Virus record (IMG/VR): IMGVR_UViG_3300017589_000262
Location: 1 to 39,636 of that record
Length of the DNA: 39,636 nt
Reading direction: 5' to 3' (one strand)
Source of the DNA: a virus
Taxonomy: Duplodnaviria > Caudoviricetes
A program made the position numbers and the translations under genes. Numbering within the stretch: the first letter of the stretch is position 1; every line of letters begins with the position of its first letter. Below the pieces are notes generated by a model. It saw only the letters and a list, made by a program, of their open reading frames with translations. It was not told where the DNA came from and ran no database searches. This document shows positions 8,453 to 16,825 of the stretch, piece by piece.

Positions 8453-8847
8453 GCGCCACCGCAAAGACCAAGGCCGTGGACGTGGCCCGCGCCACTTGGG
8501 CGGAGCTTGGCGGCTGCCCGGACTGGATCACCGCCCTGGCCGAGGAATGCGACCGCACCAGCCAGCGGGCCGTTGCCGCGCGGATCGGCTACAGCGCCGG
8601 GGCCGTGAACCAGGTGCTGGCCAACAAATACAACGCCCCCACAACCAACATCGAGCAGGCCGTGCGCGGGGCCTTTCTGGCCGCCGTGGTGGCGTGCCCT
8701 GTCCTGGGTGAACTCGCGGCGGACAGCTGCCTGGAGCGCCAAAAGCAGCCCTGGGGCTCCAGCCCGTTGCGGCTGCGCTTGTTCAAGGCCTGCCGCGCCG
8801 GTTGCCCCCATAGCCGCATCAACGCCAACACCAAGGAGGCCACATGA
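8449..8847 (+). CDS. HTH transcriptional regulator with Cys-rich C-terminus
   Basis: SQRAVAARIGYSAGAVNQVLANKY HTH; CPVLG...C...CRAGCPH. Confidence 0.8.
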   Translation: MSATAKTKAVDVARATWAELGGCPDWITALAEECDRTSQRAVAARIGYSAGAVNQVLANKYNAPTTNIEQAVRGAFLAAVVACPVLGELAADSCLERQKQPWGSSPLRLRLFKACRAGCPHSRINANTKEAT

Positions 8848-9032
8848 TCACCGAGAAAATCGACAGCGTGACCAAGACCCTGCGCGGCCTGGGCGGCCAG
8901 GTGCATCCCGAGGTGTACGAGCTGCTGCGCGTTGCTTGCGCGGAGCTGGACGACGCCAAAACGAGCGCGGAGCAGCTGGAAGGGGCCGTGCTGTCCATCA
9001 CCCACACCGTCAACGCTTTAACCATCCAATAA
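8844..9032 (+). CDS. Small hypothetical protein
   Basis: AAGGAGG RBS; ATGA overlap. Confidence 0.7.
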   Translation: MITEKIDSVTKTLRGLGGQVHPEVYELLRVACAELDDAKTSAEQLEGAVLSITHTVNALTIQ

Positions 9033-9042
9033 GGAGCGCATC

Positions 9043-9642
9043 ATGCCCGAAGGATATTTGGAAAACGCCCAGGGGCACTTGGTGCCGCTGGATCGCGTGC
9101 AGGACATCGACAGGGCGCGCGACGAGCTCGTGCAGGAAAAGGTGGCCAAGGTTGTGGCCATGAACAAGGAGCTGGCCAAGCTCAAGGTGGAGCTGCTGGC
9201 CGATGTGGGGGCGTTCGTCTCCCTCTCCGCAGAGAAGTATGGCGCGAAAATCGGCGGAACCAAGGGCAACGTGACCCTGCACTCCTATGACGGCCGGTAC
9301 AAGATCGTTCGTCAAATGGCGGATACCATCACTTTCGGCGAACAGCTGCAAGCCGCAAAGGCCCTCATCGACGAATGCCTGCGCGATTGGACCGAGGGAG
9401 CGAGGACGGAGATCCAGGCGCTCATTGACCAGGCCTTCCAGGTCGACAAGGCGGGCAACATCTCCACAACCCGCATCCTGGGGCTGCGCAGCATCAAGAT
9501 CACCGAGGAGCGCTGGGTGAAGGCGATGCAGGCCATAGGCGACAGCATCCTTGTCACGGACACAAAGCCCTATGTCCGCGTCTACCAGCGCCGGACAGAC
9601 GGCGCGTACACCGCCATCCCGCTGGATATGGCGGCGGTCTGA
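9043..9642 (+). CDS. DUF3164 family protein (Gam-position protein of Mu-like phages)
   Basis: GG.KGNVTL.SYDG, LQAAKALIDECL.DW, AFQVDK.G and IPLDMAAV motifs. Confidence 0.88.
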   Translation: MPEGYLENAQGHLVPLDRVQDIDRARDELVQEKVAKVVAMNKELAKLKVELLADVGAFVSLSAEKYGAKIGGTKGNVTLHSYDGRYKIVRQMADTITFGEQLQAAKALIDECLRDWTEGARTEIQALIDQAFQVDKAGNISTTRILGLRSIKITEERWVKAMQAIGDSILVTDTKPYVRVYQRRTDGAYTAIPLDMAAV

Positions 9643-9667
9643 CTCCTTACGCCGAGGAGAAGAGGCC

Positions 9668-9910
9668 ATGCACCAATATCGAATCAACAGGCGGGGAGGA
9701 GATGTGCTTGTCCGAAAGTGTGAGCACCAGCAGGAAACATGCAGCGATTGCCCTTTCTGGACGGCTTGTCTCCCTCTGGCGAGCTTCTGCGGGAAAAACG
9801 CGGACAAGAAGGCCAAAGCATATCTGAAGAAACTGAACCCAAACGGACGGCTCGCCATAGATGACGCCGCACGCCCGCAACCCTCTAACCGCAAGGGAGC
9901 ACGCACATGA
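9668..9910 (+). CDS. Small Cys-rich hypothetical protein
   Basis: GAGGAG/AGAGG upstream of ATG 9668; CEHQQETCSDCPFWTACLPLASFC; coupled to HU. Confidence 0.55.
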   Translation: MHQYRINRRGGDVLVRKCEHQQETCSDCPFWTACLPLASFCGKNADKKAKAYLKKLNPNGRLAIDDAARPQPSNRKGART

Positions 9911-10194
9911 CCAAGAAAGACCTGATCAATCTGGTGAACCAGAAGCTCGACGGCAAGCACGGCTCGAACATTAAGCGCGTGGAGGACACCCTGGAAGCCC
10001 TGGGCGAGGTCGCCCAGGAGACGCTGAAGAACGGCGGCGAGGTGACCTTTCCTGGGCTTGGCAAGCTGGTGGTGGTGGCGACCAAAGCTCGGGCGGGCCG
10101 GAACCCCAAAACGGGCAAGGAGATCGAAATCCCGGCCGGGCGCAAGCCGAAGTTCCGGCCCGGCAAGGAACTGACCGAGGCCCTGAAGATTTAG
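9907..10194 (+). CDS. HU-family DNA-binding protein
   Basis: MTKKDLI...FPGLGKL...ARAGRNPKTGKEIEIPA..KPKFRPGKEL signature. Confidence 0.95.
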   Translation: MTKKDLINLVNQKLDGKHGSNIKRVEDTLEALGEVAQETLKNGGEVTFPGLGKLVVVATKARAGRNPKTGKEIEIPAGRKPKFRPGKELTEALKI

Positions 10195-10200
10195 ATGCAA

Positions 10201-10260
10201 GCGAAACCGCCCACATGGGCGGTCGCCGGGGCGTGGTTGCCTCGGCCTGATGAGCAGCCA
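10201..10260 (+). ncRNA. Type II hammerhead ribozyme with loop I / 3' tail pseudoknot
   Basis: GAAA 10203-10206; stem III ACCGCCC/GGGCGGT; GUC 10222-10224; stem I GCCGGGGC/GCCTCGGC; CTGATGA 10247-10253; 2-bp stem II GC/GC; pseudoknot TGGTT/AGCCA. Confidence 0.9.
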
Positions 10261-10271
10261 ACGGAGGGAAC

Positions 10272-10430
10272 ATGGGCAAAAAGAAGGTGGTTCAGGCACC
10301 AAGGCGTGTTCAGGATGAAGCGGCAGATGCGCTTTACCGCGCTAAGAATGTGCGCCTCATCGTGAAGAAAGGTCCCAAGACGGTCCGCTACACCATCACT
10401 TTCAGCGTACCGCAGGAGCCGCAAAAATGA
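10272..10430 (+). CDS. Small basic hypothetical protein (52 aa, MGKKKVVQAPRR...), absent from the ORF track
   Basis: GGAGGG RBS at 10263-10268; open frame to TGA overlapping ATG 10427. Confidence 0.7.
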   Translation: MGKKKVVQAPRRVQDEAADALYRAKNVRLIVKKGPKTVRYTITFSVPQEPQK

Positions 10431-10636
10431 TCACTCAAGAAATGCTAACCGCCATGACTCATGATGTTCTGACGCACGCGCAAAAGCATCTTTATGAGGC
10501 TTTCGACATCCTGCGGGCGTTAGACAGTGGGCGGCTTTCATTGGGCGAGAAACTGACGCTCATCGCCAGCCTCAAGGACCATGTTGGCATCGTCCAGGGC
10601 GACGCGGGGCGTGCCCTCAATATCATTGGAGATTGA
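10427..10636 (+). CDS. Hypothetical protein
   Basis: AGGAG RBS; ATGA coupling. Confidence 0.65.
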   Translation: MITQEMLTAMTHDVLTHAQKHLYEAFDILRALDSGRLSLGEKLTLIASLKDHVGIVQGDAGRALNIIGD

Positions 10637-10639
10637 GCC

Positions 10640-10867
10640 ATGACATCCTCCTCCCGCTTTGTCGTTGCGCGCGCCCAGCTAGGCTCGCCCATTGTGCGCG
10701 ATACCAAAACCGCCAAGCCCGTGGCGGTGTTCCCCCGCGACCCGGATATGGCGAAGGAATCGGCCGACGTGGCCGCCATGTGCAAGGCCAGCATCTGCGC
10801 CCAGGCGCTCAACCGCGTTCACGCCGAGCTGGTGTGGAAGCAACAGCAGGAGGGGGGCAGGCGCTAG
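10640..10867 (+). CDS. Hypothetical protein
   Basis: GGAG RBS; phage-like codon usage; tight spacing. Confidence 0.65.
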   Translation: MTSSSRFVVARAQLGSPIVRDTKTAKPVAVFPRDPDMAKESADVAAMCKASICAQALNRVHAELVWKQQQEGGRR

Positions 10868-10881
10868 CTTGCCCCGGAACC

Positions 10882-11349
10882 ATGGCAGAACGTAGGCAAA
10901 AATCAGGTTCCGTTTTGCTCCGAATTGGGGGCAAAGACCGTGCCGGGCGCGTCCTCGAAATCTACTCCGCCGAGCAGTGGCCAGAGCAGAGAGAGGCCGA
11001 CACCGGGCTGTACCGCGTGCGCATCAATGAGCGCTGGGTGAGCCTCGGCGGCCAAAAGTACACATTTTTCACGCCCGAACAGCTCGGCCAGGTCATCGCC
11101 AAAGAGCTGACCAACCCCGGCGCGCTGGTGGCGCTGGAGCGCCCCGCCCCGGACTTCCGCAAAGGGCAGTGGGTGAGCTGGCGCAAGCCCAGCGGAATCT
11201 CGCACACGACCAAGCTGGCCAGTGATCCCATCATGTGGATTGACGGCCAATGGCGCGTTCTCATCAGCGACTACAAGCACGGTGTGATCCTGGTTTGCTG
11301 CGACGAACTGGTTAGCCTGGACCGCTTTGGACGGGAGGTGGCCCGATGA
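10882..11349 (+). CDS. Hypothetical protein (MAERRQKSG...)
   Basis: ATG 10882 follows the previous stop; overlaps the next start. Confidence 0.65.
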   Translation: MAERRQKSGSVLLRIGGKDRAGRVLEIYSAEQWPEQREADTGLYRVRINERWVSLGGQKYTFFTPEQLGQVIAKELTNPGALVALERPAPDFRKGQWVSWRKPSGISHTTKLASDPIMWIDGQWRVLISDYKHGVILVCCDELVSLDRFGREVAR

Positions 11350-11561
11350 TCTGGCGCGCCTTCGTCTTCTTCGACGTGCTGACCGTCGGCAACTACGTCT
11401 ACCGCGATCACGGCGAGGCCGCCGCCTGGGCGGCGATGGGCGTGTTACTCGCCGTATTGCTGCCCCTGTCCCAAGTCGTGTCGTACCTGGCCAAGATTGA
11501 AAAGCACATGGCCGAGCAAAAGGACCTGCTGACTAAGATCCTCAAGGGGTATGTGAGATGA
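11346..11561 (+). CDS. Small membrane protein
   Basis: Hydrophobic segments; GGAGG RBS; coupled on both sides. Confidence 0.65.
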   Translation: MIWRAFVFFDVLTVGNYVYRDHGEAAAWAAMGVLLAVLLPLSQVVSYLAKIEKHMAEQKDLLTKILKGYVR

Positions 11562-12067
11562 CTTTCGACACCCGCAAGGGCCTGCTGGCCAAGATCCACA
11601 TCGCCAAGGCGCAGCTGGGCCTGGACGATGACGCGTACCGCGCCGTCCTGGCCGCACATGGTGTGGAGTCCGCCAAGGACCTAGACACAAAGGGCCTGGA
11701 GGCTGTGCTCACGCACATGGAGAAGCTGGGCTGGGAGGCCAAAGTGGCCCGCACCCGCAAGCGCGACAAGCACGCCGCACCCGCGAACCTGGCCAGGGGC
11801 GGCCGCAAGGGCGCGGCCAAGCCCTACGACCGCTCCGCGCTCATGACCAAGATCGAAGCCCTGCTGGCCGACAAGGGCCGGGAACAGGGAAAGCACGTGC
11901 CGTGGGACTACGCGGCTGCGATCCTGCTGCGCATGTACAAGGTGGACCGTCTGGAGTGGGCCACGGCCGAGCAGCTCAAAGGCGTCATGGTGGCCCTCCT
12001 GAAGGGCGGCAAGCGCAAGAAGAGTCTGGCGCCGCCGGTGCCTGAGGTGGAGCATGCCGCACCCTAG
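11558..12067 (+). CDS. gemA: GemA/gp16 (DUF1018) family protein
   Basis: LLAKIHIAKAQLGLDDDAYRAVL...SAKDL...KIEALL signature. Confidence 0.9.
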   Translation: MTFDTRKGLLAKIHIAKAQLGLDDDAYRAVLAAHGVESAKDLDTKGLEAVLTHMEKLGWEAKVARTRKRDKHAAPANLARGGRKGAAKPYDRSALMTKIEALLADKGREQGKHVPWDYAAAILLRMYKVDRLEWATAEQLKGVMVALLKGGKRKKSLAPPVPEVEHAAP

Positions 12068-12491
12068 CGCGCCCGCGCACGAAATCTCCCCGGCCCTGCT
12101 GGCGCAGTTGCCCGGCGTGCTGGCCTTGGTGGCGCAAGCCGCAGGGGTCAGGGCCGCTGTGGCCATTGCCAAGGCGCGTGGCGGCGGTCGGGCCTACATC
12201 CCCGCGCCGGATGCCCTGCACGACAAGCACTGGCTGGCGCAGGCTGTTGGCCTGGAGGCCTCCGTGGCCATCGCCAAGGCTCTGGGAAGCGGTGAAGTGG
12301 AGGTGCCCCTTGGCCCCTTTGCGGGCAACCGTGCCCAGGTTTGGGCAGCCATTGAACGCGGGTTGAACGCTGGTTTATCCGTGGAGCAGGCCGCGCGCCA
12401 AGTGGGCGTGGCGGCGAGGACTGTGAGAAGACACAAGAGTGGGGAGACGGGGAGAGAAGCCGAGGGGTGGTGCAAGCTGCCAACCGACTAA
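12054..12491 (+). CDS. Mor/C-like transcription activator with C-terminal HTH
   Basis: AIAKARGGGRAYIP Mor-like motif; GLSVEQAARQVGVAARTVRRH HTH; directly after gemA. Confidence 0.8.
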   Translation: MPHPSAPAHEISPALLAQLPGVLALVAQAAGVRAAVAIAKARGGGRAYIPAPDALHDKHWLAQAVGLEASVAIAKALGSGEVEVPLGPFAGNRAQVWAAIERGLNAGLSVEQAARQVGVAARTVRRHKSGETGREAEGWCKLPTD

Positions 12492-12604
12492 AATCAAAAA
12501 AATCTCTACAAAAAATATAGAGCAGTATCGATTTAACGAAATACTAATTGCAAAGAAGGAGCCTTTAGAATAAGGGAGAGAACCAAACTTTAGGATGTCT
12601 GAAG

Positions 12605-13147
12605 ATGCCAGCAACCAAGCTTCATCTTGATAAAATTGAAAACAGTATCCCTGCGATTTTGCCGGGAGAAAGTCCGTATTACAGAAATGCCTGTGTGGCA
12701 GTTCTCAGCTCAGAAGGTCACTCCAGCGGAACTCAGCTCACAGTCTACCACGATTCTGGACGAAAAACATATGAAATAGAATGGGACGGGGAAGTCTCCG
12801 AGCAACACAGGCGTGCCCATGCCAATCTAAGTGATGCAGTTGAATTGGGTGCCTGTGTTCTTGCAATGTTACTAATAAGAGACTTGACGTCTTATACAAC
12901 GGTTGAGAAGGCTGTATATGGGACAAACGTTGATTATTATCTCAGCCCAAAAACGAATGATGATTTCTTGATTTTCAATAACACAAAGCGATTAGAGGTT
13001 TCCGGAATCCGCAGAGAAGACAAGAGGAATACTGTACAAAAGAGATTGCAAGAAAAAATCGACCGCGTTGACAGTGATTTGTCAACATTTTATTGTGTAA
13101 TTGAATTCGGCTTCCCCTGGGCAGCGATGGTATCTTGTCATGAGTAG
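12605..13147 (+). CDS. Accessory protein A, possible restriction-endonuclease-like (PD-(D/E)xK variant) fold
   Basis: AT-rich ORF; E.GA...VDYYL...RLEVSGI acidic motif pattern; overlaps the next gene by 8 nt. Confidence 0.7.
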   Translation: MPATKLHLDKIENSIPAILPGESPYYRNACVAVLSSEGHSSGTQLTVYHDSGRKTYEIEWDGEVSEQHRRAHANLSDAVELGACVLAMLLIRDLTSYTTVEKAVYGTNVDYYLSPKTNDDFLIFNNTKRLEVSGIRREDKRNTVQKRLQEKIDRVDSDLSTFYCVIEFGFPWAAMVSCHE

Positions 13148-14264
13148 CGTACGCGAATTACACGACAGGGCAATGTCGTTAGTCTCCGCTTCCGACATTG
13201 CTAAACGCGAGGGTAACGTCGCCCTCTCCGCTGAACACGCCCTATCTGCGGCAAACCTTGAGTTTGAAGCCGCATCACTTATCCCTGCCGTAATGGCAAG
13301 TGAACCGACTCGGTCAATCCTTATGAACAGTGCCGCCTCACTTGCTGTCCGCTCTGGATCATATGATTTTGCCGAGCACTTATTTCATTCTGCAATGCTT
13401 GGTTTCCCACCAAAGCATATCGAAAATAACCTGCGGGACATTTACGACGAGATACAGTTTATGCGTCATCTCGAAGTAAGGAACGTTGTTCTGGAAGATG
13501 CTGACATTCAGCTTAGCCTAGACGGCATAGACGTGTCTCCCGGGTTTGTCTTTTATCAACATCTTCGTGCTCGTGTTGGAACAATCGAAGCACTGCTGCG
13601 TAGGACATACAACAGACTGATAGAAAAACCATGGAGTGATTTCCGAAAGAAAACGGCTTTACCGTATTTTTCAACAGCCTTATCTGTTCCGCGTATTGCT
13701 TCTTTCGCTGTCACAATTCGCTTAACAAGGCCTGTCGGAGCCCAACTGTCGCTTCCTATTGTCGATGCTAAGCGCGTAATTGACGAGGTTCTTGATACTG
13801 TACGGCTTATTCAAGAAGGCCATGAAAATCTTTTAGAAAAAAGAATTCCTGACCCAGCATATCGTCGCCACTTTATGCTACATGCTCGCGAGCTTGCTCC
13901 GGACGGTGAAAGAATTCGAACGGTTGGGCTTACATCGCAAGGTAATAAAGTTGCCTTTCGCCGCAGTCGCTCTGAACTTACTGGCCTTTCGGCTACGCAA
14001 GGCAGTGACATGTCCGACAGATTAGGCCCGATCACGGTTGTCGGGACTCTCGACGAAGCTCGTAAGCGTAAAAACAGCATTGTACTCCGCACAGAGAATA
14101 ACGAAGAGTATTGGGTGAAAGTCCTTGATGGGATGGAGGACATAGTCCGTTCGAATTTTGCCAGAAATGTAACAGTCATTGGCACAATTAAACCCAGCAA
14201 ATCACCAAGTCAGAATTCCAAAAAATGGATTCTTCCCGAGAGCATTACGGGGGAGGACCTCTAG
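13140..14264 (+). CDS. Accessory protein B: helical (TPR-like) N-terminus and beta-rich, possibly OB-like C-terminus
   Basis: ATG 13140; VRELHDRAM...EPTRSILMNSAASLA helical repeat; C-terminal ITVVGTL...YWVKV...NVTVIGTI. Confidence 0.7.
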   Translation: MSSVRELHDRAMSLVSASDIAKREGNVALSAEHALSAANLEFEAASLIPAVMASEPTRSILMNSAASLAVRSGSYDFAEHLFHSAMLGFPPKHIENNLRDIYDEIQFMRHLEVRNVVLEDADIQLSLDGIDVSPGFVFYQHLRARVGTIEALLRRTYNRLIEKPWSDFRKKTALPYFSTALSVPRIASFAVTIRLTRPVGAQLSLPIVDAKRVIDEVLDTVRLIQEGHENLLEKRIPDPAYRRHFMLHARELAPDGERIRTVGLTSQGNKVAFRRSRSELTGLSATQGSDMSDRLGPITVVGTLDEARKRKNSIVLRTENNEEYWVKVLDGMEDIVRSNFARNVTVIGTIKPSKSPSQNSKKWILPESITGEDL

Positions 14265-14325
14265 TGTACAGCTGGCAAAGTCTTGAAATACGTTTTTCTC
14301 ACATAGAGTTAAATATGGATTTCAT

Positions 14326-15216
14326 ATGAGCGGGTTAGTCCTTGAACTTCAGCGAGATGCCCTCGATCATACTGTTGCCACCACACAGCTTTTGCGCAAG
14401 GCGTTAGTCGTCTCACGCAAGCTTAATGTCAAACATGTTGTTGAGTGGCTCACTAATGAGTTGAACGGGTATCCACAAGGTTCCGTAATTCCTGAATACA
14501 GAAAAATAACAGGGCAAATAATGGCTTTTAACCCATTCCATGGGTGGCAACCAATCCATTTCCCCGATGATGAAATGGCTAAGCCATTTAGGGAAGTATT
14601 CATAAATCAAAAAGCCGCTGAGCTTGAATCGTTGGTGGAGAGTAAGGAACAATTTCTTCTGAGCAGAATTTCAGAAAAAAAAGCGCAATGTCTTAGACAG
14701 CTAATTGACATGGATTTGGATGTGGCCATCCATCTCCAGCGTATTCACGTTACTGGAATTCTTGATGCTGCGAGAAACAATGTCCTTGAGTTCGCACTTC
14801 AACTTGAACAAGAAGCTGTCCTTGGAGAAGGTCTTTCATTTTCGGACAACGAAAAGCAATCCGCCAGCAAAGTTACGTACAATGTAACGAATAACATAGG
14901 GGAGATGAATCACTCACAAATACAACAGCAAGCATCTGGAACACAAAAAGTATATACACAAGAATCCCTTGCGAAGTTGATTCAAGCATTGGGTGCTGTC
15001 TCGAAAGATATCAAATCTCTTGGAATTGACGATGTCGCCCAGCGCGAACTACTCGCTCAAATTTCCACAGTACAATCACAAGCTGGATCGCCTACACCAA
15101 AACACGGCATTATTGTTGAGTCTTTACATTCAGTGCGTGAAATTCTTGAAAATGTCACAGGTAATTTATTGGCGTCTGGTGCTCTTATGGAAATTTCAAA
15201 ACTACTTGGATGTTGA
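14326..15216 (+). CDS. AbiTii-domain protein (putative abortive infection/defence)
   Basis: LVLELQRDALD...LLRKALVVSRKL...EWLTNELNGY...PEYR.I.G signature of the AbiTii N-terminal domain. Confidence 0.8.
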   Translation: MSGLVLELQRDALDHTVATTQLLRKALVVSRKLNVKHVVEWLTNELNGYPQGSVIPEYRKITGQIMAFNPFHGWQPIHFPDDEMAKPFREVFINQKAAELESLVESKEQFLLSRISEKKAQCLRQLIDMDLDVAIHLQRIHVTGILDAARNNVLEFALQLEQEAVLGEGLSFSDNEKQSASKVTYNVTNNIGEMNHSQIQQQASGTQKVYTQESLAKLIQALGAVSKDIKSLGIDDVAQRELLAQISTVQSQAGSPTPKHGIIVESLHSVREILENVTGNLLASGALMEISKLLGC

Positions 15217-15314
15217 TGACCTCAAGAACGGCTATTTTGTTAAGTTGATCGCCCTTGACTCCTCCCACCCCCACGTGCCATTTTCTGCATACGGCCTAAT
15301 CCCCATTCGCCCCT

Positions 15315-15357
15315 GACATTTGTCCGCGTTAGCGCGCAGCCCCTGCCCAAGTAATCT
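15315..15357 (+). promoter_or_regulatory. Candidate activator-dependent late promoter for the lysis operon
   Basis: GACATTTGTCCGCGTTA (15315-15331) identical to 23254-23270; -10-like TAATCT at 15352. Confidence 0.7.
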
Positions 15358-15456
15358 CGCCTCCACTGCGGCGTCTTGCCGCTCGTAATCCCTCCGTCTC
15401 CTCCCGGTCTGCGCCGGGTCGGGAGGAGAACCGGGGAAAAACGTGGAGGCCCTCAC

Positions 15457-15927
15457 ATGGGACGCACCAACCGCCAGGGGCTGGACATCATCCAGTGCTA
15501 CGAAACCCTGCGCCTCACCGCCTACCTTTGCCCAGCGGGCAAGTGGACCATCGGCTGGGGCCACACCGGGCCGGATGTCTATCCCGGTCTGACCATCACC
15601 GCAGACGAGGCCGACCAGTTGTTCCAAACCGACCTGGCGCGTTTTGAAACCGCCGTGGACGAGCTGCTCGCCGTGCCGGTTACGGGCAACCAGTTCAGCG
15701 CCTTGGTCTGCTTCACCTACAATGTGGGCGAGGGTGACGACGGTCTGGCTGGCTCCACGCTGCTGCGTAAGCTGAACGCGGGCGACCTGGACGGCGCGGC
15801 CCGCGAGTTCCCCCGCTGGAACCGCTCTAAGGGCCGCGTGCTCCTCGGCCTTACCCGCCGCCGCGCTTCCGAACGCGCCCTGTTCTGCACCCCCGGCGAC
15901 GGAACCGACGCCGAGGAGGCCGCGTGA
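15457..15927 (+). CDS. Endolysin, GH24 phage lysozyme
   Basis: E.LRLTAYLCPAGKWTIGWGHT, QFSALVCFTYNVG, GLTRRRASE; GGAGG RBS. Confidence 0.93.
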   Translation: MGRTNRQGLDIIQCYETLRLTAYLCPAGKWTIGWGHTGPDVYPGLTITADEADQLFQTDLARFETAVDELLAVPVTGNQFSALVCFTYNVGEGDDGLAGSTLLRKLNAGDLDGAAREFPRWNRSKGRVLLGLTRRRASERALFCTPGDGTDAEEAA

Positions 15928-16202
15928 ACCCGCTGCGCCTATTCAATTCCGCAGCTGCCCCCACCGAGGCGCACACCGCCCTCGTGCTGGTGGCCTTCAT
16001 CGTTCTGGTGCTCTTCCAGGGCTTCGCCCTGTGGAAGGGGCAAGAGTTCAGCGCAAGCGCCTTTGGCGAGGCCCTGGGTGTCGTCATGGGCGGCGGCGGC
16101 GTGGCCGCGCTGGGCCAAGGATACCTCACACGGGAGCGTGCGCGGGCCGGTGCAAGCGTGCGGCCCGACAACCCCGACGCACCCGGCGCAGGAGGCCGCT
16201 AA
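15924..16202 (+). CDS. Putative holin
   Basis: 92 aa, two hydrophobic segments, between endolysin and spanin. Confidence 0.65.
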   Translation: MNPLRLFNSAAAPTEAHTALVLVAFIVLVLFQGFALWKGQEFSASAFGEALGVVMGGGGVAALGQGYLTRERARAGASVRPDNPDAPGAGGR

Positions 16203-16825
16203 TGGATCTTTCCAAACTGACTGAGGCCCTGACCTCCACCACCGAACGCAAGCTGGCCCTCGGCCTTGGCGTGACGCTCGTCCTCGTGCTGCTCTACTTG
16301 GCAGTGTTCTACGGCGGTTACCGCCACGGGCGCAGCACGGCCACGGCCGAAGGTGACGCCAAGTACACCAAGCTGGAAAAAGCGCAGGCGGACGCCTGGG
16401 CCGAAAGCAAGGCCAAGGCGCTGGACCGTTACGTGCTGGCCACCCAGCGCGCGGACCAGCTGGCCACGGAGCACCAGGCCGCCCAGGAGCGCCTGGCCGA
16501 TACCCGAACCCTCATCCTGAAGGAGATACCCCATGCGACGGCTGGCCTTGCTGCTTGTGCTTTTGGCCCTGATTTCCTGCGCACATACAACCGAGCCCTC
16601 GGTCTCGGTGGCCCCGGAGTGCCCGAAGCCGCCGGTCCCGGCGAGCCTGCGGCAGACAACGCCACCGCCCGCACCGCTGACGCCGGGGTACGCGGCGGCC
16701 CACCCGTAACGGCCAGCCCGGCGGACCTGCTCACCCACGCGGCCGACTACGGCAAATGGTGCTGGGACACGGCCGACCAGCGCGACAAACTGCTCAAACT
16801 GCTGACCGAGGAGGCTCGCCCGTGA
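16202..16825 (+). CDS. Rz-like inner-membrane spanin
   Basis: N-terminal TM, coiled coil, Cys motifs; TAATG overlap; contains an embedded lipoprotein gene. Confidence 0.8.
   Translation: MDLSKLTEALTSTTERKLALGLGVTLVLVLLYLAVFYGGYRHGRSTATAEGDAKYTKLEKAQADAWAESKAKALDRYVLATQRADQLATEHQAAQERLADTRTLILKEIPHATAGLAACAFGPDFLRTYNRALGLGGPGVPEAAGPGEPAADNATARTADAGVRGGPPVTASPADLLTHAADYGKWCWDTADQRDKLLKLLTEEARP
16533..16709 (+). CDS. Rz1-like outer-membrane lipoprotein spanin embedded in Rz (58 aa), absent from the ORF track
   Basis: AAGGAG RBS at 16520-16525; MRRLALLLVLLALIS-C lipobox; Pro-rich mature part; +1 frame. Confidence 0.85.
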   Translation: MRRLALLLVLLALISCAHTTEPSVSVAPECPKPPVPASLRQTTPPPAPLTPGYAAAHP

